Below, one piece after another: positions 49,614 to 59,927 of a DNA stretch of 64,000 bases; position 1 is the first letter of the stretch, and every line of letters starts with the position of its first letter. Below the pieces are notes generated by a model. That model did not search any database and was not told the DNA's origin. It was given only the letters and a program-made list of their open reading frames with translations. Source of the stretch: an uncultured bacterium (lineage in GTDB: Bacteria; Myxococcota_A; UBA796; CAJQPC01); contig CAJQPC010000071.1 of NCBI GenBank assembly GCA_905480105.1, positions 55,594 to 119,593 of the forward strand, in the 5' to 3' direction. The translations under genes were made by a program, and so were the position numbers.

Positions 49614-50843
49614 ATGGCGGATCGGAGAGCAGTCGTGATCGGAGGCGGCATCACGGGCACCTTGACGGGCTGTGCGCTGCTGCGTGCGGGCTGGGAAGTG
49701 ACCCTGATCGAGGCCCTGCACATCGGTGCCGGATCGAGCTCCCGCACCGCCGCAGGCATTCGCCAACAGTTTTCCACCCGCGAGAGCGTGCTGGGGATGC
49801 GCTATTCAGTGGATTTTTACAAGCACTGGCAACAGAGCATGGGCCAAGACGGCCAGCCCATCGAGCAGAACGGCTACCTCTTCTTGGTTCAAGGGGAAGA
49901 CGCGTGGAAGGCGGCGCAAAAGCGGGTCAGTGACCAACAGAACTGGGGACTCACAGAGGTTCAAGCGCTCAGCCCCCAACAAACGGTCGAGCGCTTCTCC
50001 TACGTCGACCCCGAAGAGATCACCGGTGCCACCTGGTGTCCGAGCGACGGATTTCTACGCCCAGACGTGGTCTACAGCGAAGCTGCCGCCGCCTTTCGCG
50101 CCCTGGGCGGGACCCTGCTCCAAGGCAGTCCACTGGTCCAGGCCGAGCGGGCCGGAGAGCGCCTAATCAGCATCACAACCGGCAAGGGCGCCGTCCTGAA
50201 CGCCGACGTTTTTCTGGACTGCACAAACGCCTGGAGTCGCCGTGTCGGGGACATCCTGGGTGCCGCACACCTGCCCATACAGGCCCTCAAACGCTACCTG
50301 TGGTTTATCGAGCGCGGCGACTCGATGAGCGAAGCTGAGCTACTCAACATGCCCCTGATCATCTCCCCACAGGGCGCCTACTGCAGGCCCGAGAACGCAG
50401 GTTCTCTCATGACCGGCTGGAAGCACCAAGCTCCCGATGTGAGCGCCAACTTTGCCTACGACGATCAAGACATCATAGAACCCGCCTACTTCCACAAGAA
50501 CGACGCCGATTCTCGGCCCTTCGAGACCTGGATGGCCTTGGCTCAGGCACTGCCACCCGTTGGCGAGTTCGCCGGTATCTCGGCCACCACCGCGGGCTTC
50601 TACGGCACCACCCCGGACCACAACCCCTTCTTGGACTTTGACCCGCAGACGAAGAACCTGATCCGCATGGTGGGTTTCTCCGGCCACGGCGCCATGTTCG
50701 GTCCCTTCTCCGCTCAGGTGGGCCTTGCACTGGCCGAAGCAGGCGAATCCATCGACCATGTCAGGGTCTTGGGCGAGGACGCCGAGCTGGCCCCCTTCAA
50801 GATCAATCGCGACTTTGGCGCCGCCGAGGCCATGGTCATCTGA
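49614..50843 (+). CDS. FAD-dependent oxidoreductase (DAO family)
   Basis: AVVIGGGITGTLTGCALLRAGWEVTLIE; MVGFSGHGAMFGPFSAQVGLALAEAG. Confidence 0.88.
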   Translation: MADRRAVVIGGGITGTLTGCALLRAGWEVTLIEALHIGAGSSSRTAAGIRQQFSTRESVLGMRYSVDFYKHWQQSMGQDGQPIEQNGYLFLVQGEDAWKAAQKRVSDQQNWGLTEVQALSPQQTVERFSYVDPEEITGATWCPSDGFLRPDVVYSEAAAAFRALGGTLLQGSPLVQAERAGERLISITTGKGAVLNADVFLDCTNAWSRRVGDILGAAHLPIQALKRYLWFIERGDSMSEAELLNMPLIISPQGAYCRPENAGSLMTGWKHQAPDVSANFAYDDQDIIEPAYFHKNDADSRPFETWMALAQALPPVGEFAGISATTAGFYGTTPDHNPFLDFDPQTKNLIRMVGFSGHGAMFGPFSAQVGLALAEAGESIDHVRVLGEDAELAPFKINRDFGAAEAMVI

Positions 50844-50900
50844 ACCCGCGTGCGCACCGCGTTAAGTGACCGTCCCGAAGTTTTCTTAGTTGGAGGACCG

Positions 50901-53069
<2,169 letters not shown>

Positions 53070-53108
53070 GCAGAGCCACCCCGTGAGAGCCGCCCACTGC
53101 GGCTGTGT

Positions 53109-53164
53109 ACTGCGGCTGAGCCAAGCCCCATAAAGCACTGCGGCTGAGCCAAGCCCCGGAAAGC
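53109..53164. repeat. 28-bp direct tandem repeat, 2 copies, plus a 13-bp partial copy at 53096-53108
   Basis: ACTGCGGCTGAGCCAAGCCCC(AT/GG)AAAGC twice head to tail. Confidence 0.85.
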
Positions 53165-53221
53165 ACTGCTGGAGTTTGCCCTAAAAGCAACTCAGACAGA
53201 CAAAAGCCGAAAACGCAGAAA

Positions 53222-54800
53222 AGCCCCGAAGCCGTTTCCGGCTTCGGGGCTCTTCATTTTCTCCGCCGTCGCTTTCGCGTCCGCAGAGAGCCTCGTTTTC
53301 CCCCGCAAGGGATTGGAGGGTGACACCCAGCCCGTGGGATTTCCTGTCAGAGAATTCGGGTACTCAAAGCTCTCAGAGTTGCCTCTGTCCGCCTCTCGTG
53401 GGGTTTACCTGAACCTTCAGGTGGCAAACCAGCATTGCTGCTGTTTGTCTGACTGTGTGCTGCGAGTCGTTGGCCTTTCTCGCGTCCCTTCTTGGGCTTC
53501 ATCGGCTCCGCCTTTTGAGCGTGCTGTTTCGATGGGACCTTCAAGGTTTCTCACACACTGCCTGCTTCGTCTTGCAACGATGCCGCCTATTGTCCTTGGG
53601 CGCCTCCTTCAGAGACTCCTTCTTGTACCTGAGCCAGCAAGTCCTTGCTCGGTTTCATCGGCCTGCAAGCAGTCCTCTGTCCGTCTCAACTTCTCTACGA
53701 AGCCTCACCTACCGGGCTGCTTCGCTGTCTCCTTCTCTCCAGGGTTCTTCCGCCTCTCCACCGACATACTCGTCAGCGCCAAATCCTGTGATTCTTCTCC
53801 AAGATGCGCCTCAACTCTTGCGAGTCGTGCAGCCATCCTGTTCTCTGAATCCAATTCATCGACTCTCTTGCGACTCAAGATTGCTCCTGCTTCGCGATGC
53901 GTCCTCTTCAGCTTGATTTGGGTTGAATGAACGGTTGGCCTCGTAGCCAGCTGTTCCCCGAGCTTGTGTCTCCACTCGCTTGTACCTCGCTTCAACGCTT
54001 GCGCGCCTTTGCAAAGTCTCACCATGCTGTTGTTTCTCTCTTGCCAGAGAGAACTGGGTACGTCCTGAGCTTTCTCTGCTCCTCGACGCTTTTCTCCGCA
54101 TCTGAGCTGCAGGCTTATTGCATCCTGCTACCGGTCATAAGGTTCGCTTCCGTTTTGCTCGCTCTTTATCCGTCCGAAAACGGGGCCAGAGTGCTCCTCG
54201 TAGCGCATGACCCTTCAAAGACTTTCCCTCTCCAGAAGCTGAAACCACGTCTCCGTAGCTCCCGTTCCCTCTTGCTGTTTCTTCAAATGACCGCGGACGG
54301 TCCTCACTCGCAATTCTCGAAAGAACTGCGCCTCAGCTTCAGGGCTTTTACTCCTCTGGGAGAGTCCGTTTCGTCCGGTACCCGTTTCCAGGCACCTTCA
54401 GATCGATTCTTCCATGGGCTTTTGGACACTGATTGCGCCGTGGTTTCCGCCCCAAAGGGTGGTCCTAAGCCAGCTTGCTTTCCCAACGAGTTGGTTCCGC
54501 GCTCTGCCCGACTGGCTCCTCGTTCTTCCTGGTGATTACCAGTGGTCCCGAGCGCCCTGTCCCCCTGTTCCACTACCCCAACAAGTGAGGGCGTACAGAG
54601 ACGCCACACATCCGATTTCTCGGTCGCTCCGGTAGGAGCAGTGCAGCAGGTCGTCTACAATCAGCAATGTCAACGTCAAAGAACGTGTTCGAGCGTTTCT
54701 CTCGGCCGACCCCAGCAAGCCGGGTGTCGGTCTCTCCTTGTGCATTGACCGTGCCAACTTTTGGATCAAGTAATTTCAGCTACTTAGCTATGTGCAGTTG
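53222..54800 (-). ncRNA. candidate giant structured noncoding RNA (no known family recognised)
   Basis: No ORF with coding character on either strand. Minus strand purine-rich with many perfect hairpins: CGCGAAAGCG; GGUUUGCCACCUGAAGGUUCAGGUAAACC; CGACUC-GCAA-GAGUUG; UUCUCUC-UGGCAA-GAGAGAA; GACCG-UCCG-CGGUC; CGCAGUUCU-UUCG-AGAAUUGCG; CCGA-GAAA-UCGG; GGCGU-N6-ACGCC; GCUCC-UACC-GGAGC. Hairpin terminator at the 3' side, AT-rich segment upstream. Ends approximate. Confidence 0.6.
53223..53252. terminator. strong bidirectional terminator-like hairpin
   Basis: AGCCCCGAAGCCG-TTTC-CGGCTTCGGGGCT (13-bp stem). T-rich tract follows on both strands (CTTCATTTTCT on +, TTTCTGCGTTTTC on -). Confidence 0.75.
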
Positions 54801-55000
54801 AGAACTCATTCTTTACACCCTGTCCATACGACCCGCCAATTACCAAGCAAGAGAACTCCAAGTACCTAATTTTACTTGTTGATGAAATTATGTGCACAAT
54901 TATTTACAGTGTGTAAGTATTTTTACACTCTAAATCGACATTCACTCGCAAGACTCTAAGCCAAGCCTTCTCCCCCCCTTCAGGATGCGCTATGGTGGCT
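54800..55000. promoter_or_regulatory. AT-rich divergent intergenic/promoter-like region
   Basis: Marked drop in GC; contains GTGTAA-N6-TTACAC dyad at 54911-54928 between the RNA candidate (-) and lipoprotein (+). Confidence 0.45.
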
Positions 55001-55018
55001 CCTGAACTAGGAGACGCA

Positions 55019-55495
55019 ATGCGCATTCACCTCTGCATCCTGCTTGGAGCCCTGTCCTTGACCGCCTGCAAGAGCGGCGTCACGGTCGAAGACAGCGACA
55101 CCGGAGAAGAGGTCGTGGACGACGGACAGTCTCCAACTCTCAGCGAGCCCAGCGCCAAGTGCGTGGAGCATCCCGATGGCGAAGGCACCGTAGACCTCTG
55201 GAACTTCCAGGTGCTCTTCGATGATCCCCAAGGGACAGAAGATGTACCCCGCAACCTCTTCAGCGAGGCCGACGTGGATGATCAGCACCACATCGAGTGG
55301 CTGCGCGACGGCAACATGGTCGACCAAGCCGGAGTAGTCGCCTGCGACCCCGACGGCGGGACCTGCACCGGAAGCTTTCCCGGCGCATCTTACGGACTGA
55401 CCTGCGCCACCGCCACCGACTGGCGCTTCCGCTTCGTGATCAAGGACTACGACGGAAACGAGGGCACGATTGAGGTTCAGGGAGCAAAGGGCTGA
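55019..55495 (+). CDS. hypothetical lipoprotein
   Basis: MRIHLCILLGALSLTACKSG lipobox; acidic linker VEDSDTGEEVVDD. Confidence 0.65.
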   Translation: MRIHLCILLGALSLTACKSGVTVEDSDTGEEVVDDGQSPTLSEPSAKCVEHPDGEGTVDLWNFQVLFDDPQGTEDVPRNLFSEADVDDQHHIEWLRDGNMVDQAGVVACDPDGGTCTGSFPGASYGLTCATATDWRFRFVIKDYDGNEGTIEVQGAKG

Positions 55496-55514
55496 ACCCT
55501 CCGAACTGAATGAG

Positions 55515-55543
55515 ACAAGCGGCGCCTTCTGGGCGCCGTTTGT
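55515..55543. terminator. terminator-like hairpin between convergent genes
   Basis: ACAAGCGGCGCC-TTCTG-GGCGCCGTTTGT, 12-bp stem. Confidence 0.7.
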
Positions 55544-55587
55544 GCTCTGGAGTATCCCGCCGTCAGGACCCCTCTACAGAACACCTC

Positions 55588-56619
55588 TCAGCCTCCACTG
55601 ACCTGGCCTATAGCTGGAGCCCGCAACATGACGCGGTCCTGACCAGGCAGACGCACTCGGCGAAGGAGACCCGCCAGCATCAAAGGCTTGTCCACCTGAG
55701 GGACCTCGACCAAGGGCTCGCCGCGCAGGAGCTGATGGAGGCGCTCCGCTAAATCGGAGTCGGCCTTTACAATGTCGACAGCCATGCGCATCTCTTGGCC
55801 CAGCGGACCCAAGGTGCGAACCAGCCCAGCGCGGCTGCGGGGCATGGTGCCCTGGGTCTGTGCGCCGCGTCCCAACGCTTCGACAACAGCTGGGATGCCT
55901 CCGGAGAAGCGCGCAGCGGTCTCTAAGTGCACCCGAGATGATGCCCCCACGCGACCAATTATGGCTGCAGCTGCCTCGGCCTCGCCGTAGTCAGCCAGCT
56001 CGACCCTATGGCCGGTATCCAGGTCCATCCGGGCATTCACACTACCGGCGAGCAGCATCGTGGCGCGCCGCCCCCGGGGAATGCGCTGCACGTAGTTGGC
56101 CCAGACCTCGCCTAGATCCTCGATCACGTCAATCGGAAGGTATTCCGCGCCGTGGCCCAGTAGCGCTAGGTTGTGCTCGGTTTCATCCTGCGCGTGGAGC
56201 AAGATGTCCAGCGCCGCGGAGCGAAATCCACGTCCGTCAGCGACAATGATCGGACTGGTTCCTTGGTTCTGACAGCTCCGAAGCTGACCAAGCACCGAGA
56301 GAATAAAGCTCCAGGCCTCGGGCGCACGGCGGCCCTTCAGAGGACGGAAGGAAACGGTGCGGCAGCCAACGGCGGGCTCTCCAACCGCGAGATCAAGGGC
56401 GATTTCCTCCAGAAATGTCTGGGGGTTGGACCAACGCGGGGTCATCACGACCACAGGCTCCAGGCGGCGCAGGTGCCCGCGTACTCGCCGGGCAGTGCGA
56501 CCACGCAGTGCAGCCTCGATGTAGTGCTGGTCCTGGTCGAAAACAAGCTCACGACGTGCTTGTCCAACGCTGCGCTCCTGCTCGATTCGTCGTGCCAGTC
56601 GGCTAGCCGGTTGGCTCAC
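55588..56619 (-). CDS. hypothetical protein, AAA/STAND-ATPase-like without a recognisable Walker A
   Basis: VVVMTPRWSNPQTFLEEIALDL in the expected P-loop position, then SPIIVADGRGFRSAALDILLHAQDE; ATMLLAGSVNAR; C-terminal wHTH-like segment. Confidence 0.45.
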   Translation of the reverse strand: MSQPASRLARRIEQERSVGQARRELVFDQDQHYIEAALRGRTARRVRGHLRRLEPVVVMTPRWSNPQTFLEEIALDLAVGEPAVGCRTVSFRPLKGRRAPEAWSFILSVLGQLRSCQNQGTSPIIVADGRGFRSAALDILLHAQDETEHNLALLGHGAEYLPIDVIEDLGEVWANYVQRIPRGRRATMLLAGSVNARMDLDTGHRVELADYGEAEAAAAIIGRVGASSRVHLETAARFSGGIPAVVEALGRGAQTQGTMPRSRAGLVRTLGPLGQEMRMAVDIVKADSDLAERLHQLLRGEPLVEVPQVDKPLMLAGLLRRVRLPGQDRVMLRAPAIGQVSGG

Positions 56620-56742
56620 AGCATCCTCCGCCGCAAAGGGATCTGGACCCTCGGGTCGCTGGAGCCTAGGGTTAGACTCTTGTCATGTCAAGGGAAACCT
56701 TGTCTTAAGGCATCCAGATCGCAACCCGGATAGACTCTCGCC

Positions 56743-58398
56743 ATGAGCGCCCGGCCCCCCCGTCAAACTCTGATCCCCAATGCCAACAATGTGCGTCTGC
56801 TCGCCCGGCTTGTAGATCTCGTGGCCCGCGGAGTTCGCGACAACCGGACACTGGCCATGCTGCTAGACTGCGAAGTCCGCACGGTGAACTACTACACCCA
56901 GGCCGGGGACTGGCTCAATCTCTTGGCCACAGACGAAAAGACCCTCTCGCCCACATTGACCCGCTTGGGCACAGAGTACGCCTTTGCCGGAAAGGACCGC
57001 GGACGCGTCTACGCACGCGCCGTCTGGCAGAACCCCTTCGTGGTCCAACTCATGGATGGCCGAACCGAGCTCCCCAAAGCTGCGGGCATTGCGCAGTTCA
57101 TCCAGGCCTCGGTTCCCGACATGGCCCCCAGCACGGCCAGGCGCCGTGCGTCATCCGTACGCGCCCTGTTGGAGCCCGCTCTGCGATATCCCGCCCCCAA
57201 GACCCAGCCCCCAGGCCACCAGCTCAGCTTCGATTTAGGCCTGGGGCGCCCCCGCAAGCGCCCACCCCGCATACAGCTCAGCGGCGGCAGCGACCACAGT
57301 CCCGAGGCCTACCGGGTGGTTCTGCGCGCCCTGCTAGACCACGGCGAGCTTTCCCTATGGCACATCCGGGCCATCCTGGACTGGCATGGGGGCGAGGCCT
57401 GCCCTGTGGGTTCCTATGTAGAGATGGCAGTCCGTCGCGGTGACGGCTGGCGAGTTGGAGACCGCCTGGTGGTCAGCTGGGGTGCAGTCTGGCGACGTGA
57501 TCTCTCTGACACGGTGGCCGGCGTAGCGCTGAGTGACCCAGGATATCGCCACTACCTCTCCATCCTGCGCCAGGCCAGTGAGGGCCACCCTGGCGCCGCC
57601 ATGGAATACGCCAGACTCCAGGAGCGCTACGCATCTTGGGACAAGCGCATCTTCGGTGCCGAGGTCACCCCAGCGCGCTTGGCCGTCGATCTAGACCGGG
57701 TGCTACTCGGTCGTCCCATCGACGCCTTTCCTTTAGCGGACGACCCAGGCCCCGAACCTGGAGAGCAGACCGGCCCATTCTTAGAGCTGGTGGACACCAC
57801 CGACCTGTTCATCGCCCTGCCCCCCACCTTGATGGATCTGGTGGGCGGAGTCTCCGGCGTGAACCGCATTTTGGAAGAACGCCGGAAGACCGAGGGGGGC
57901 CAGCCCAAGGTCGTCGACCGCAGAGAGCTGGTGCACGGCGGTCTCTTCGCCCCTGGTGAGCCTCGTTCCCGCGCCATCCCAGACAGGGTCAGCCTGCGCC
58001 AGCGCGCCTTGGCCCACATCCCGCATTTGGCCATGTTGGTGGCTCTACTCCAGCTGCACCGGCGTAGCGGCGGAGAGCTCGCCGTGAGCGTGCAAGGCAC
58101 CGGCTTAGACCTGCGCATCAAGCGCCGTCGCTTCAAGGACCTGCTTTTTCATCTGGACGAGTTCTGCTGCATGCAGGGCTGGATGGTCTCCCGGCGTCTG
58201 CGAGGTGGACTCACCGGAGAGCAGCTCGCCGAAGTGCTCGGAGCCCTGGGCATCGCTCTCCGCGTAGGCAACAGTCTGGTGCTGGAGGAGGCCTTTTTCC
58301 TGCGGCTACAGTCCGATGTGGAAGACCATGAGCTCTTTGAGCGACTCGGACCGCTTGGCGACCGGATTGTGAGCTTCCTGGAGCAGTGGCCCCGCTGA
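56743..58398 (+). CDS. hypothetical protein with HTH-like N-terminal region
   Basis: NNVRLLARLVDLVARGVRDNRTLAMLLDCEVRTVNYYTQAGDWLNLL is HTH-like; remainder unrecognised. Confidence 0.5.
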   Translation: MSARPPRQTLIPNANNVRLLARLVDLVARGVRDNRTLAMLLDCEVRTVNYYTQAGDWLNLLATDEKTLSPTLTRLGTEYAFAGKDRGRVYARAVWQNPFVVQLMDGRTELPKAAGIAQFIQASVPDMAPSTARRRASSVRALLEPALRYPAPKTQPPGHQLSFDLGLGRPRKRPPRIQLSGGSDHSPEAYRVVLRALLDHGELSLWHIRAILDWHGGEACPVGSYVEMAVRRGDGWRVGDRLVVSWGAVWRRDLSDTVAGVALSDPGYRHYLSILRQASEGHPGAAMEYARLQERYASWDKRIFGAEVTPARLAVDLDRVLLGRPIDAFPLADDPGPEPGEQTGPFLELVDTTDLFIALPPTLMDLVGGVSGVNRILEERRKTEGGQPKVVDRRELVHGGLFAPGEPRSRAIPDRVSLRQRALAHIPHLAMLVALLQLHRRSGGELAVSVQGTGLDLRIKRRRFKDLLFHLDEFCCMQGWMVSRRLRGGLTGEQLAEVLGALGIALRVGNSLVLEEAFFLRLQSDVEDHELFERLGPLGDRIVSFLEQWPR

Positions 58399-58531
58399 TT
58401 GCTGCAGTCTCCTTTTTGGACCGGCTGCATTCTTTGCAATCCAGCCACAGCCAGCCCTTTTGCGACCTTAGTTTTAGTGCGAAGTCTATCAAAGTACGGC
58501 CAGTGCGCTCCAGCAAGGCTAAACTGCCAAT

Positions 58532-59305
58532 ATGTTCCGCTCCGGTTTAAAACGCATTGGCAAGAAGCTCCTGGGACGCGGCGAGTCTGCTGCCAAGGCT
58601 ACCCCCTCTCCTGCAGCCGAGCCTGCCCCCGCTTGGGCTCCAAAGGCCTTTGTAAAGCCGGCCCCTCAGCAGAGCGCAGAACCTACTTCCCAGCCCGCTC
58701 CTGAGCTTATCGCCAAGCCCAAACTCAAGCCCAAACAGGACCCAGTGGCCTTGGCCGTGCCGAAAACCACAGAGCCTGTGGCTGCAGCCAAGCCTGCTTC
58801 TCCACCGGCAGCTCCGACCCCAGCTGCCAAGCCCGTCTCTTCCTTTGCCAACCTGGCAGCTATGGCAGCGAGCGGACAACTTGGCGAAGCGCGCCACGCG
58901 GATCAGTCCGGAACCGACCTGGATGCCTACCGCGAGCGCATGCGCGTCAATGGTCGTGAGGACATAGAGCTTTCTGGCATCGGCCTGAACACCGCGGAAG
59001 ACGGCACCCAGTTCGTAGGGCCTGTAAACAACGAGAGCTCGCGCGCCAAAGCCGTTGGCCTGATACTCAGCATCGACCAGCACGAGTGCATCTCCTGCGG
59101 CACCTGCGTGGAGCAGACCGAAGATGTGTTCTATCTAGGCGAAGACGACAAGAGCGGAGAAGAGGTCAAAGCCGAGGTGCTCAAGCAAGAGGGGCCAATG
59201 GACCTGATCCAGGACGCCATCGATGCTTGCCCAGTGACTTGCATCCATTGGCTCGATGGCGAAGAGCTCACCGACATTCACAGCGCCGGCGGCGTGAGCG
59301 CCTGA
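58532..59305 (+). CDS. ferredoxin-domain protein with long low-complexity N-terminal region
   Basis: CISCGTCVEQTEDVFYLGEDD and AIDACPVTCIHW give a CxxCxxC...CP cluster motif; ~130 aa A/P/K-rich region before it. Confidence 0.75.
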   Translation: MFRSGLKRIGKKLLGRGESAAKATPSPAAEPAPAWAPKAFVKPAPQQSAEPTSQPAPELIAKPKLKPKQDPVALAVPKTTEPVAAAKPASPPAAPTPAAKPVSSFANLAAMAASGQLGEARHADQSGTDLDAYRERMRVNGREDIELSGIGLNTAEDGTQFVGPVNNESSRAKAVGLILSIDQHECISCGTCVEQTEDVFYLGEDDKSGEEVKAEVLKQEGPMDLIQDAIDACPVTCIHWLDGEELTDIHSAGGVSA

Positions 59306-59342
59306 CCACTGGTCCCGCGCTGAACCCCAAGCGACTGGCAGG

Positions 59343-59927
59343 CTACTCGGTCCACCCCGCACGGTCTCTCAACAGAGCCATGTTGCGCTCGGGGACTCCG
59401 GCAATGTTCGGGTGGCTGTCCACAGCACGCGAGACGTCTTCTACCCGCAGCACATGCAATGCGGGGTAGGGGGACTGGTTGGTAGCGTTCGCCGGGTCGT
59501 CCTTCCATGCCCCCTCAAAGCAGTAGTCCGGATGGAAGCTGGCCAATTGAAATCGTTGGTCTAAGCGGGTCTGCTCCAGCATGTCCTGGGCTGCGGCAGC
59601 GATGTCCAAGAACTCGGAGAAGCGGCAGTCTGGAAGCACCAAGAGCGCGGTCTCGTAGGCACCAGAATCCACCTCTTCCACCAAAGCCAGCACACCCATT
59701 ACGGCATCCGAGGCCACCTCGACGCTGCGCCAACCCACCTTGCCCCGCCCCAGGGGACCGGCGGCAAAGGGACAAAGATTCAAACCGACGACCACTTCTT
59801 GCACCCAGCCCTGGACGGCCTGAACGCGAGGGTCATCAAGGCTCACAGCGCCGCCCGAAGAGCTTTCGCCCTCAAAGCTGCAGAGCGGCAGCTTCGGGGA
59901 TCTCCATGATGTCGCCCTGGGCCGCAC
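59343..59927 (-). CDS. DUF1415-like protein
   Basis: VQGWVQEVVVGLNLCPFAAGPLGRGKVGW; QLASFHPDYCFEGAWKDDPANATNQSPYPALHVLRVEDVSRAV. True start probably near 59850. Confidence 0.8.
   Translation of the reverse strand: MRPRATSWRSPKLPLCSFEGESSSGGAVSLDDPRVQAVQGWVQEVVVGLNLCPFAAGPLGRGKVGWRSVEVASDAVMGVLALVEEVDSGAYETALLVLPDCRFSEFLDIAAAAQDMLEQTRLDQRFQLASFHPDYCFEGAWKDDPANATNQSPYPALHVLRVEDVSRAVDSHPNIAGVPERNMALLRDRAGWTE

Noticed and set aside
53096-53164. CRISPR array
   Set aside because: The 28-bp units are directly adjacent with no spacers, there are only two full copies, and there are no cas genes.
53313-54535. Two consecutive + strand ORFs (205 aa and 202 aa) with an ATGA overlap
   Set aside because: Both are S/L/R/C-rich without any recognisable motif, have weak GC bias at third positions compared with neighbouring genes, and are antisense to a dense series of perfect hairpins. 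They look like the spurious antisense ORFs usually found opposite structured RNAs.
53222-54800. rRNA fragment, RNase P RNA or tmRNA as an explanation for the structured region
   Set aside because: Neither strand contains landmark sequences such as GTGCCAGCAGCCGCGG, ACGAGAGGACC or the RNase P GAGGAAAGTCC core in context. A cmscan is still needed to exclude divergent known families.
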